From assembly GCA_963741135.1 (NCBI GenBank), contig CAVUHC010000006.1:669760-733759 (forward strand): 64,000 nt of DNA. Direction: 5' to 3'. The DNA is from an uncultured Acidobacteriota bacterium. GTDB lineage: Bacteria; Acidobacteriota; Vicinamibacteria; Vicinamibacterales; UBA2999. Both the position numbers and the translations under genes were made by a program. A model generated the notes under the pieces. The model worked only from the letters and a program-made list of their open reading frames with translations. It searched no databases and was not told the DNA's origin. This document shows, one piece after another, positions 29,188 through 38,176 of this stretch. Within the stretch, counting starts at the first letter, position 1, and each line of letters begins with the position of its first letter.

Positions 29188-30804
29188 GTGGCCGGCCGCT
29201 CGTCTACATCTGCGCTCTTCGCGCTCGCTGCGGCGTTCCGGTTCCTCGCGCTCAAGAACGGGTTCGTCAACGATCACTTCGTGTACATCAGCGGCGGACG
29301 GCAGATGCTGTTCGGCGAATGGCCGACGCGCGACTGGATCGATCCCGGCCTGCCGCTCATGTTCGGCGCATCGGCGCTCGCGCAGGCCGTCTTCGGATCG
29401 ACGCTGTTCGCCGAAGCGGTGCTCGTGTCGATCGCGTTTGGGCTCGCCGCGGCGTTCACCGCCGCCGCGGTTCGTCAGCTGACCGGGTCGATGGCGCTGG
29501 CGATTCTCGCCGCGCTGTTCGAGATCGCGGTATTTCCGAGGACCTACAGCTATCCGAAGATCGTCGCCTACGCGTTCGAGTTCTGGCTGTACGGCAGGTA
29601 CCTGGCGCGCCCGGATCGCGGGCGCCTGTTTGCGATGGCCGCCGGCGTGGCAGTCGCGTTCATGTTCCGCCACGATCACGGACTGTTTCTGGGAGTCGGG
29701 GCCGTGCTGACGATCCTGCTCGCGCGCGAATCGGCAGCGTGGAAGACGTCAGCACGAGACGCGGCGATGTTCACCGCGATCGTCGCCGTCCTCCTGCTTC
29801 CGTACTTGGTATACGTGCAGGCGTACGGCGGGCTGTGGGTGTACTTCCGCACGGGCGTCGAGTTCAGCCAGCGTGAGGCGCTGCGCCAATGGCATGTCTG
29901 GCCGCGCGTGTTCGGCGACGAGCGCCCGCTCGAGTCCGCCCTCGTGTACATGCTGTACCTGTTGCCGCTCATCGCGATTGGGATCGTGCTCGCACGAGGA
30001 ACGCGCGCGAGACTGGCCCGCACGTCGCCGCGCGGATTGCGCCGGTTGCGGTGGTCGCGCTCCTCGTCGACTTCAGCTTCATCCGTGACCCGCTCAACAC
30101 GAGGCTCGCGGATGCGATCGTGCCGGCCGTGGTACTCGGCGCGTGGCTGCTATCGCGCGCGTTCAGCGCGTCGAGTCGGCGCGAACTCACCGTGCCGCTG
30201 GCGCTGGCGTTCACACTCCTCATGGGCGCGTCGGTGGTGACCGTCGGATTCACGCACGAGGAAATCGACCGGGCGGGACTGCTCGGGCGTGCTCGCGACA
30301 TCCCGACGCCGCTTCGTGGAACGCACCGCCGATCTTCGCGCACGCTTCACGATTACCAGCTGCCGACGCCTGCGGCGCGTCGCCTCCTGCCGTTCTTTCG
30401 GCTACGTCGATCGCTGCACTTCGCCGGACGACCGCCTGCTCGTCGGCGGCTTCATGGTCGAGGTGCCGTTCTATGCGCAGCGGCTGTTCGCCGCCGGGCA
30501 GGAGTATTTCGGCGCGTACTTCGGTTCCGACGCGAACGAGCGATTCGCCTTCGATCGCCTGCAGCGCCAGCGCGTGCCGTTCGTCATCGTCCCGAGCGAC
30601 TGGCCAGGAGGAATTCGACACGCCGGTTTCCGCTGGTCGCCGGATACGTTCACGCGCGCTACGTCGCCGCTGACGGATGTGCGCGTGGACGACGAGCAGA
30701 CGATTCACATCCTCGTCAATCGCGATATGCCGGCCGCGGCGCGCGATGCCGAGACCGGCTGGCCCTGTTTCCGCCGCCGCAGAGACACAGAGTCAACCGT
30801 TGTC
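29188..30804 (+). pseudogene. Family-D paralog D1: large polytopic membrane protein (possible GT-C-like transferase/polymerase), at least 3 frame changes
   Basis: It is homologous to the intact D2 (33867..35882). FRFLALKNGFVNDHFVYISGGRQMLFG matches FYRFASMSGTLGGFEDDEFVTLAYAQQMVLG. FPRTYSYPKIVAYAF matches APRFYNYPKLLAYAI. FMFRHDHG matches FLLRHDHG. The C-terminal CTSPDDRLLVGGFMVEVPF.. and ..GWPCF match CTRPDDRVLAMAYVPQLLV.. and ..ALPCF. There is no in-frame stop before the DegT ATG at 30805. Confidence 0.6.
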
Positions 30805-31905
30805 ATGATTCCATTCGTCGATCTTCAGTCGCAGTACCGCAGCATCAAGGGCGAGATCGACGCCGCGGTCGGGCGCGTGCTCGACAGCGCGCAATTCATC
30901 CTTGGCGAGGAGGTCGCGGCCTTCGAGCGCGACTTCGCGCAGTATTGCCAGGCGTCGGAGACCGTGGCGGTGAATTCGGGCACGAGCGCGCTGCACCTGG
31001 CGCTGCTGGCCGCCGGCATCGGGCCGGGTGATGAGGTCATCACCGTTCCATTCACGTTCGTCGCGACCGTCTCAGCCATCGGCTACACGGGCGCGCGGGC
31101 CGTGTTTGTCGACATCGAGCCGGAGTACTTCACGATCGATCCCGCGAAGATCGAGGCGGCCATCACACCGCGGACGCGGGCAATCATGCCGGTGCATCTG
31201 TACGGCCAGCCGGCCGACATGGATCCGATCCTCGAGATCGCGAGCCGCCATCGGCTGGCGGTGATCGAGGATGCCGCACAGGCCCACGGCGCGGAGTATC
31301 ACGGTCGCCGCTGCGGATCGCTTGCCGAGATTGCGGGCTTCAGCTTCTACCCCGGCAAAAACCTCGGTGCGTACGGGGAAGGCGGTGGGGTGACGACGAC
31401 GCGCGCGGATGTCGCGAAGACCTGCCGCACGCTGCGCGACTGGGGGCAGGAGAAGCGATACGAACATCGCGTCAAGGGCTTCAACTACCGGATGGACGGT
31501 ATCCAGGGCGCGATACTTCGCGTGAAGCTGCGCCACCTCGAAGCGTGGACGGAGAAGCGGCGGCAGGTCGCGGCGTGGTACGCGGAGACGCTGGATCCGG
31601 AGAGTGTGCGGCTGCCGAAGGCGCGTCCCGGGTGTCGCCACGTGTATCACGTGTTTGCCGTCCGGGCCTACGATCGCGAAACGCTGCGGGATGTCCTGGG
31701 CAAGCAGGGAATTCAGACGGGCATTCACTATCCGATTCCCGTGCATCTGCAACCGGCGCATGCCGACCTGGGCTACCACGCCGGGGACTTCCCGAACGCC
31801 GAGGCCGCGGCGCGCGAGGTCCTCTCGCTCCCGCTGTTCCCGGAGATGACCCGCGATCAGGTCGAGACGGTCGCGGTCGCCGTCTCCGCCGCCGCCCGCG
31901 TATGA
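30805..31905 (+). CDS. DegT/DnrJ/EryC1/StrS-family PLP-dependent sugar aminotransferase (WbpE-like)
   Basis: [117 protein letters not shown] and FNYRMDGIQGAIL are present. Confidence 0.88.
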   Translation: MIPFVDLQSQYRSIKGEIDAAVGRVLDSAQFILGEEVAAFERDFAQYCQASETVAVNSGTSALHLALLAAGIGPGDEVITVPFTFVATVSAIGYTGARAVFVDIEPEYFTIDPAKIEAAITPRTRAIMPVHLYGQPADMDPILEIASRHRLAVIEDAAQAHGAEYHGRRCGSLAEIAGFSFYPGKNLGAYGEGGGVTTTRADVAKTCRTLRDWGQEKRYEHRVKGFNYRMDGIQGAILRVKLRHLEAWTEKRRQVAAWYAETLDPESVRLPKARPGCRHVYHVFAVRAYDRETLRDVLGKQGIQTGIHYPIPVHLQPAHADLGYHAGDFPNAEAAAREVLSLPLFPEMTRDQVETVAVAVSAAARV

Positions 31906-32585
31906 CCACGCACATCGTCAAGGCGGTGCATGGCGTGCGTCCGGTGGAACCCGATCCCCCGTCTGAGATCACGCTGGCCGACGACCTGCGGGGACGGCCG
32001 CACGACGAAGTGCTGGACATCGCGTCGCGGCACGCCATGGGAGAGACCGACCTCGATGCGCAGATGCGCCGTGTCGTGTGGCGCGCGCTGGCGCGACGGT
32101 TCGGGAACGGCGTACGCGTCGGCCGCGGCGCGATCGCGTCGCACCTCGAGACGTTCGAGATCGGCGACGGCGTTTTCATCGGCGAGCACGCGTTCATTCA
32201 AGGACGCGTGAACGGACGTTGCATCATCGGACAGCACGTCTGGATCGGTCCGCAGACCTATCTGGACGCGCGCGATCTCGTCATCGAGGACTATGTCGGC
32301 TGGGGCCCCGGCGCGAAGGCGCTGGGATCGCAGCATACGGGTCAGCCGTCCGACATGCCGATTATCACGACCGATCTCGAGATCAAGCCGACGCACATCC
32401 GCGCGTGGGCGGACATCGGCGTGAATGCCGTGATTCTGCCCGGCATCACGATCGGCAAGGGGGCCATTGTCGGCGCCGGCGCCGTCGTGACGCGGGACGT
32501 CGCTCCCTTTTCAATCGTCGTCGGCGTGCCGGCGAAGTTCCGGCGTTGGCGCACAGGACACGAGCAACAAACCTCGCGGACCTGA
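31902..32585 (+). CDS. Hexapeptide-repeat (LbH) acyl/acetyltransferase
   Basis: ATG 31902 overlaps TGA 31903-31905. The C-terminal half is IGDGVFIGEHAFIQGRVNGRCIIGQHVWIGPQTYL..IRAWADIGVNAVILPGITIGKGAIVGAGAVVTRDVAPFSIVVGVPAK. Confidence 0.8.
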   Translation: MTTHIVKAVHGVRPVEPDPPSEITLADDLRGRPHDEVLDIASRHAMGETDLDAQMRRVVWRALARRFGNGVRVGRGAIASHLETFEIGDGVFIGEHAFIQGRVNGRCIIGQHVWIGPQTYLDARDLVIEDYVGWGPGAKALGSQHTGQPSDMPIITTDLEIKPTHIRAWADIGVNAVILPGITIGKGAIVGAGAVVTRDVAPFSIVVGVPAKFRRWRTGHEQQTSRT

Positions 32586-32647
32586 AAGGTCCGCGCCGCG
32601 CGCGTAGAGGCGCACGAACGCGCGTAGAGGCGGACCTTCAGGTTCGC
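32575..32647. repeat. Composite REP-like element (two hairpins plus a 14-nt direct repeat)
   Basis: The first hairpin is CGCGGACC-TGAAA-GGTCCGCG (32575-32595, spanning the stop codon). CGCGCGTAGAGGCG is repeated at 32599-32612 and 32619-32632. The second hairpin is GCGGACC-TTCA-GGTTCGC (32630-32647). Confidence 0.7.
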
Positions 32648-32655
32648 CTGCCTTC

Positions 32656-33882
32656 ATGAGTGTTTCACTGGCGGCGCAGAACCTCGCGCGGGTCGTCTGG
32701 AACCGCGCGGCGAAGCTCTATCGCCGCGGCCGTCACTGGACGATGCGGCGCCGGAAGGATGTGCGCGAATCTGGCAAGCATGCACGCGCACAGGTGAAGC
32801 TCGGCGGCGAACGCGGCCGTGACGCAGCGCACAACGCGCACGCAGGTGTTGTGCGCACGTCGCGCTACTGGGATAGGCTGCGCCGCCGCACGTGGCCGGC
32901 GATCGCGCGCGACGTCTCGGCGCGCCGCACGCTGCGCACGTCTGCCGCGGGCTCGGGCCCGATCATCATCGGCCCGTGGCTGTCGGAGGTCGGGTATGAG
33001 GCGCTCTACTGGGTGCCGTTCGTCCGGTGGTTCACGCGGCATTACGACGTCGATCCGGATCGCGTCATCGCCCTGTCGCGTGGTGGCGTGTCGGCCTGGT
33101 ACGGCGGCATCGCGTCGAGGTACGTCGAGCAGTTCGACCTGTTCACGCCGCAGGAATTCGCGGCCCGCAACGAGGCGCGGCGCGGGGAGGCGGACCAGAA
33201 GCAGCTCGCGCATTCGGTGTTCGACGAGGAGATCCTGTCGCGCGTTCGCGCGAGTCTCGGTCTCGAGGACGCGCACGTGTGTCATCCCTCGGCGATGTTC
33301 CGCCTGCTTCGCCAGTTCTGGCTCGGGAACGACTCGCTGCAGTACGTCCTCGATTACACCGACTACGCGCCGATCCGGACCATCGGATCGATGGAGCTTC
33401 CGCCACTTCCCGATCAGTTTGTCGCGGTGAAGTTCTATACGGGACGCGCGCTGATGGACACGCCAGCGCATCGCGACATGCTCCGCGGCCTTGTCGAGCG
33501 GATCAGCCGCAGGTATCCGATCGTGACGCTCAACACGAACCTCGCGCTCGACGAGCACGAGGACTACGTGTTCCAGAACATTCCAGGCGTGATCACGCTC
33601 GATCGTTGGATGACGGCGCAGAACAACCTCGGCGTGCAGACCGAGGTGATCCGTCGCGCGACGCGGTTCGTCGGCACGTGCGGCAGCCTCGCATGGCTCG
33701 CGCCGATGCTGGGCACCGACACGCTGGCCGTGTACGCGGACGATCATTTCCTGACGCCGCATCTCTATGCGGCACGCCACGCCTACGCATCGATGGAAGC
33801 GGCCCGCTTCACCACGATGGATCTGGCCCTCTTGGATCAGATAGACGTCCTTGACCCGGCAGAAGGATGGGTGTCGCGGTAG
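32656..33882 (+). CDS. Family-B paralog B5, intact, long Arg-rich N-terminal extension
   Basis: IIIGPWLSEVGYEALYWVPFVRWF, LSRGGVSAWY, HPSAMFRLL, FVAVKFYTGRALMDT, VTLNTNLALDEHEDY and NLGVQTEVIRRATRFVGTCGSLAWLAPMLGTDTLAVYAD are present. Confidence 0.8.
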   Translation: MSVSLAAQNLARVVWNRAAKLYRRGRHWTMRRRKDVRESGKHARAQVKLGGERGRDAAHNAHAGVVRTSRYWDRLRRRTWPAIARDVSARRTLRTSAAGSGPIIIGPWLSEVGYEALYWVPFVRWFTRHYDVDPDRVIALSRGGVSAWYGGIASRYVEQFDLFTPQEFAARNEARRGEADQKQLAHSVFDEEILSRVRASLGLEDAHVCHPSAMFRLLRQFWLGNDSLQYVLDYTDYAPIRTIGSMELPPLPDQFVAVKFYTGRALMDTPAHRDMLRGLVERISRRYPIVTLNTNLALDEHEDYVFQNIPGVITLDRWMTAQNNLGVQTEVIRRATRFVGTCGSLAWLAPMLGTDTLAVYADDHFLTPHLYAARHAYASMEAARFTTMDLALLDQIDVLDPAEGWVSR

Positions 33883-35882
33883 CGGACGCCAAGCGGGTGC
33901 CGACACGGCCCGTGGCGCGACGGCTGGCGCTGGTCGCGATCCCGTTGTGTCTGTTTGCGCTGACGTTCTTCTACCGCTTTGCCAGCATGAGCGGCACGCT
34001 TGGCGGCTTCGAGGACGATGAGTTCGTGACGCTCGCCTACGCGCAGCAGATGGTGCTGGGTGATGTGCCGGTGCGCGACTTTGCCGAAAATGGCAGTCCC
34101 CTGGCACATGCGCTTTCGGCGGCGGCGATTGCGTTCGTCGGACCACCCCTGCTTGCCGAAGCGGTGCTCACGATGAGCATGCTGGGACTCTGCACGGCGA
34201 TCCTGTTTCTGCTGGCGGAGCGCGCCTCCAGATCGATTCCGATCGCACTTACGGTGGCGCTGCTGGGGATCGCGATCGCACCTCGCTTCTACAACTACCC
34301 AAAGCTGCTGGCGTACGCGATCGCGTTGCCGGCCATCTGGTGGTACATCGACAGGCCGCGCCCCGTCCCACTGTTTCTGGTCGCGCTGGCCGGCGTGATT
34401 GCATTTCTCCTGCGCCACGACCATGGCGCGTACGTCGCGGCTGCCGCGCTCGTCGCCGTCGTCCTCGCGCACTGGCCTGACGTTCGGACGTCGGTCCGCG
34501 AGTTGCTCGTGCTCGGGGCGATGGCGCTGGCGCTCGTCGCGCCGTTCATGGCGTACACGCAGCTGCACGGCGGCGTCGTGCCTTACCTTCAGGCATTCGT
34601 CGAGTTCGGCACGCGGGCGGCGAGTCAGACAAACGCGAAAGCCCTCGTTTTTTCAATCGATTCCGGTCAGCGACTGTTTGCGATGATCCCCGAACGCCCC
34701 CCCGTGCCACAGGTCAACGTCGAATGGACGCCCTCGACGAGTGAGCTCAGCCGCGCCGAAGCGGAAAGGGCTCTGGGCCTCGTTGTCTATGAGCGCCTGC
34801 ACGGCAGTACCTGGAAATACGCGCTGACCGACTGGAGCCCGCCGCGCCTGCGGGCGATCGTGACGAACCCGCAGGTCGCTGATACTCAGGGAATCGACCG
34901 GAGCGCGTTCACCGTGAACGATCCGCTGTTTACGACGCCACCCTCCCGGTTCGACCGAGTCGTCGGAGCGGTGCGACGGGTTCGCGTGATGCCGGGGGTG
35001 CTGCGCGACGCGAACGCGGTGCCGTTCCTCTATTACACGATGCTCGCCGTCCCGATCGCAGCGTTACTGCTCATCGCGACCAGCCGTGACGCCACGCGGA
35101 TGGCCGGCTGGAACAGAGGTACAGCGAAAATCGCCGTCACGGCCGTGCTCGCGCTGTTGATGATCTCGGGGTTGCTCCGCGGCAATCTCCCGTCACGGTT
35201 CGCCGACGTCGCGGAGGTCATCGGCGTCCTCGCCGCGTGGGTCTCTGCCGTGGCGCTCCGCCGGCCGTCGCGCGCCGGCCGCGCGGTGGCACTCGCCGTC
35301 GCGCTCGTCATGGTGGTCCTGACCGCCGCGAGCATTCAAGCAATCGAAAATGTGTCAGGGCAGATCGCGCAGACGCGGATCACGAACGGTATTGCTGCGG
35401 CCCGGGCGCAATCGAGCGAGGTCTATCGCCAGCTGAGCGGGATGCCTCCGATCGAGCCGTGGATCCCGAATGAATCCGGCATCATCGGCCTGGCCCAGTA
35501 CGTCCATGCGTGCACGCGCCCTGATGACCGCGTGCTGGCGATGGCCTACGTCCCGCAGCTCCTCGTCCTCTCTGCGCGCGGCTTCGCCGGCGGTGTCCCC
35601 TGGTTCCTGCCGCGCTACTTCACAGACGAGGGCACACTGCAGCGGATGGTTCCGCGAATCCATGATCATCGAGTGCCGCTCGCCATCACCGCGATCGAGC
35701 CTGATTTCAGCGCCGACTACGTCCCCTCGTTTCCTTTCGTTGCCGCTCTCCTGGACAACGAATACCGCGACCTGGGCGTAGTCGATTTCGGTCAGGAAAC
35801 ACGCTACAACATCTTCGTGCGCCGGGATCTCGAGCCATCGGGAACGTACGGCGCCCAGGCACTTCCATGTTTTGTGGGCTGA
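33867..35882 (+). CDS. Family-D paralog D2, intact 671-aa polytopic membrane protein with large C-terminal soluble domain (possible GT-C-like / ArnT-PMT-like transferase)
   Basis: There are many hydrophobic segments in the first ~230 residues and again at ~390-480. An acidic EDDEF motif follows the first hydrophobic segment, and an RHDHG motif is shared with D1. The last ~190 residues are non-hydrophobic. Confidence 0.6.
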   Translation: MGVAVADAKRVPTRPVARRLALVAIPLCLFALTFFYRFASMSGTLGGFEDDEFVTLAYAQQMVLGDVPVRDFAENGSPLAHALSAAAIAFVGPPLLAEAVLTMSMLGLCTAILFLLAERASRSIPIALTVALLGIAIAPRFYNYPKLLAYAIALPAIWWYIDRPRPVPLFLVALAGVIAFLLRHDHGAYVAAAALVAVVLAHWPDVRTSVRELLVLGAMALALVAPFMAYTQLHGGVVPYLQAFVEFGTRAASQTNAKALVFSIDSGQRLFAMIPERPPVPQVNVEWTPSTSELSRAEAERALGLVVYERLHGSTWKYALTDWSPPRLRAIVTNPQVADTQGIDRSAFTVNDPLFTTPPSRFDRVVGAVRRVRVMPGVLRDANAVPFLYYTMLAVPIAALLLIATSRDATRMAGWNRGTAKIAVTAVLALLMISGLLRGNLPSRFADVAEVIGVLAAWVSAVALRRPSRAGRAVALAVALVMVVLTAASIQAIENVSGQIAQTRITNGIAAARAQSSEVYRQLSGMPPIEPWIPNESGIIGLAQYVHACTRPDDRVLAMAYVPQLLVLSARGFAGGVPWFLPRYFTDEGTLQRMVPRIHDHRVPLAITAIEPDFSADYVPSFPFVAALLDNEYRDLGVVDFGQETRYNIFVRRDLEPSGTYGAQALPCFVG

Positions 35883-36939
35883 TTGGGACGGGGGCGATGA
35901 GACCTTCTACAGGATCGAGGAGCTAGTGAATCCACGAGGTACAACGATTGTCACGGGCGGGGCCGGATTCATCGGCTCGGAACTGGTTCGTCAGCTTGCG
36001 GCGCGCGGCGCGCGCGTGGTCGTCATCGATAATCTGGTAAACGGGAGGCGCGAGAATCTGGCTGGCCTTCCAGCCGATCGGGTCACGCTGCTCGACCATG
36101 ACATTCGCGACCTCTCCGCGTACGCGGCGCTTTTGCGCGAAGCCGACGTTGTCTATCATCTTGCGTGCCTCGGCGTCCGGCACTCCGTACATTCGCCGAT
36201 CGAGAACCACGATGTGAATGCCACCGGTACACTGCGGCTCCTCGACGCCTGTCGCGAGGCCGGCGTTCCGAAGTTCGTCTACATTTCGAGCTCCGAGGTG
36301 TACGGCACCGCTCAGTGGGCGCCTCTGAACGAGGATCACCCGACGTTTCCATGCACCGTGTACGGCGGATCAAAGCTTGCGGGTGAGGCGTACACGCGCG
36401 CCTTCCACAGAACCTACGATTATCCGACAGTGGTCGTGCGTCCGTTCAATACCTACGGGCCACGGAGCCATCACGAGGGGGACAGTGGTGAAGTGATCCC
36501 GAAGTTTCTGCTGCGATGTCTCGCGGGGAAGCCGATGGTGATCTTCGGTGACGGCATGCAGACGCGCGACTTTACGTACGTGTCGGACTCTGCGCGCGGG
36601 ATCATTCTCGCGGGCACGGAGACTGCGGCGATCGGCCGCACGATCAACCTCGGGAGCGGCGCCGAAGTGGCCATCAACGATCTCGCACGCGCCGTGGCAC
36701 AGATCGCCGGGCGCTCCGATGCGGAGATCATCCACGACGAAGGACGTCCAGGGGACGTGCTGCGCCTGTGCGCCGATGTGTCGAAGGCTCGCACCCTGCT
36801 CGGCTACGACCTGCGCGTGCCGCTTGCGGAAGGGCTGTCGCGACTGCTCGAGTGGTATCGAGCGCAAGGCGTATCACCCGAGGAGCTGCTGCAGGACGAG
36901 GTCGTTCGCAACTGGGACGTGAAGCCGTTGGCGCAGTGA
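35872..36939 (+). CDS. NAD-dependent nucleotide-sugar epimerase/dehydratase/decarboxylase (extended SDR); start may be GTG 35926
   Basis: IVTGGAGFIGSELVRQL, VIDNLVNG, SSSEVYG, YGGSKLAGE (YxxxK), RPFNTYGPR and FGDGMQTRDFTYVSD are present. Confidence 0.85.
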   Translation: MWADWDGGDETFYRIEELVNPRGTTIVTGGAGFIGSELVRQLAARGARVVVIDNLVNGRRENLAGLPADRVTLLDHDIRDLSAYAALLREADVVYHLACLGVRHSVHSPIENHDVNATGTLRLLDACREAGVPKFVYISSSEVYGTAQWAPLNEDHPTFPCTVYGGSKLAGEAYTRAFHRTYDYPTVVVRPFNTYGPRSHHEGDSGEVIPKFLLRCLAGKPMVIFGDGMQTRDFTYVSDSARGIILAGTETAAIGRTINLGSGAEVAINDLARAVAQIAGRSDAEIIHDEGRPGDVLRLCADVSKARTLLGYDLRVPLAEGLSRLLEWYRAQGVSPEELLQDEVVRNWDVKPLAQ

Positions 36940-36950
36940 CCGTTCACACC

Positions 36951-38141
36951 ATGATTCCGGTGGCGCGTCCCTGGATGGACGAGCGCGAGGCCGATGCGGC
37001 GCGCCGCGCGATCCTGTCGGGCTGGGTGACGCAGGGGCCGGAGGTTGCCGCCTTCGAGCGCGAGTTTGCCGCCGCGGTCGGCGCCGATCACGCGTGCGCC
37101 ACGTCCAGCTGCACGACGGCTCTCCATCTGGCGCTGCTGTCGCTGGGCGTGGGCGCCGGCGACGAGGTCATCACCGTCAGTCATTCCTTCATTGCCACCA
37201 CGAACGCGATCCGTTACTGCGGCGCCAGGCCGGTGTTTGTCGACGTCGAGCTGGCGACGTTCAACATCGATCCCGCGCTGGTCGAGGCGGCAATTTCTCC
37301 TCGCACGAAGGCGATCCTGGCCGTGCACCAGCTCGGATTGCCGTGCGATCTTGCGGCGCTGCTTTCGATCGCGAAACGTCGCGGAGTACCGGTTGTCGAG
37401 GACGCCGCCTGCGCGATCGGCAGCGAGATCAACTGGCAGGGCCAGTGGGAGCGGATCGGCAGGCCGCGCGGCGACGTCGCGTGCTTCTCGTTCCATCCTC
37501 GTAAGCTGCTCTCGACCGGCGACGGCGGCATGCTGACGACGAACGACCCCGAGCTCGATCGCACATTCCGGCTCCTGCGGCAGCATGGCATGAGCGTCCC
37601 GGATGCCGTTCGGCACGCGTCGGACCAGGTGATCTTCGAGGGGTATCCGGTGGTCGGCTACAACTACCGGATGACGGACATTCAGGGGGCCATCGGCCGC
37701 GAACAGCTTCAGCGGCTGCCAGCGATCGTGGCCCGGCGACGCGAGCTTGCCGCCCGCTACGAGCAGCGCCTGCAGTCGATCGACGGCCTCATCGTCCCGC
37801 GCGAGCCGCAGTGGGCACGGAGCAACTGGCAGAGTTACGCGGTGCGCGTCGGCGCGTGGATCGACCAGCGCACCGTGATGCAGCGGATGCTCGATGCCGG
37901 CATCGCAACCCGCAGGGGCGTTATGAACGTCCACCGGGAGCCGTCGTACCCACCCGGAACCTGGTATTGTGGCGTATCGGTCGCTGCCTGTGAGTGCGGA
38001 GGTCCAGGCGGCTGTGCCTGCCTGCGCCACGGCGAAGAAGCGCAGGAAACGGCGATCGTCCTGCCGCTTTACCACCAACTGACCGAAGAAGATCAGGACA
38101 GGGTTGTCGCTACGCTCACGTCCGTGATTCAGAGCTCTTGA
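36951..38141 (+). CDS. DegT-family PLP-dependent sugar aminotransferase (ArnB/WecE-like N-terminus) with Cys-rich C-terminal insert; alternative start GTG 36936 (GTGA overlap)
   Basis: RPWMDEREADAARRAILSGWVTQGPEVAAFEREFA, SCTTALHLALLSLGVGAGDEVITVSHSF, VFVDVELATFNID, VVEDAACAIGS, SFHPRKLLSTGDGG and YNYRMTDIQGAIG are present, with the insert WYCGVSVAACECGGPGGCACL. Confidence 0.85.
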   Translation: MIPVARPWMDEREADAARRAILSGWVTQGPEVAAFEREFAAAVGADHACATSSCTTALHLALLSLGVGAGDEVITVSHSFIATTNAIRYCGARPVFVDVELATFNIDPALVEAAISPRTKAILAVHQLGLPCDLAALLSIAKRRGVPVVEDAACAIGSEINWQGQWERIGRPRGDVACFSFHPRKLLSTGDGGMLTTNDPELDRTFRLLRQHGMSVPDAVRHASDQVIFEGYPVVGYNYRMTDIQGAIGREQLQRLPAIVARRRELAARYEQRLQSIDGLIVPREPQWARSNWQSYAVRVGAWIDQRTVMQRMLDAGIATRRGVMNVHREPSYPPGTWYCGVSVAACECGGPGGCACLRHGEEAQETAIVLPLYHQLTEEDQDRVVATLTSVIQSS

Positions 38142-38171
38142 TCCCCGATCGCCGATCGCGGATCCCGAATC
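38140..38171. repeat. GATC-word palindrome between DegT and GT2
   Basis: GATCCCCGATCG / CGATCGCGGATC is an inverted repeat with one mismatch. It uses the same GATCCC-type words as 63658-63687. Confidence 0.55.
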
Positions 38172-38176
38172 AGTTG

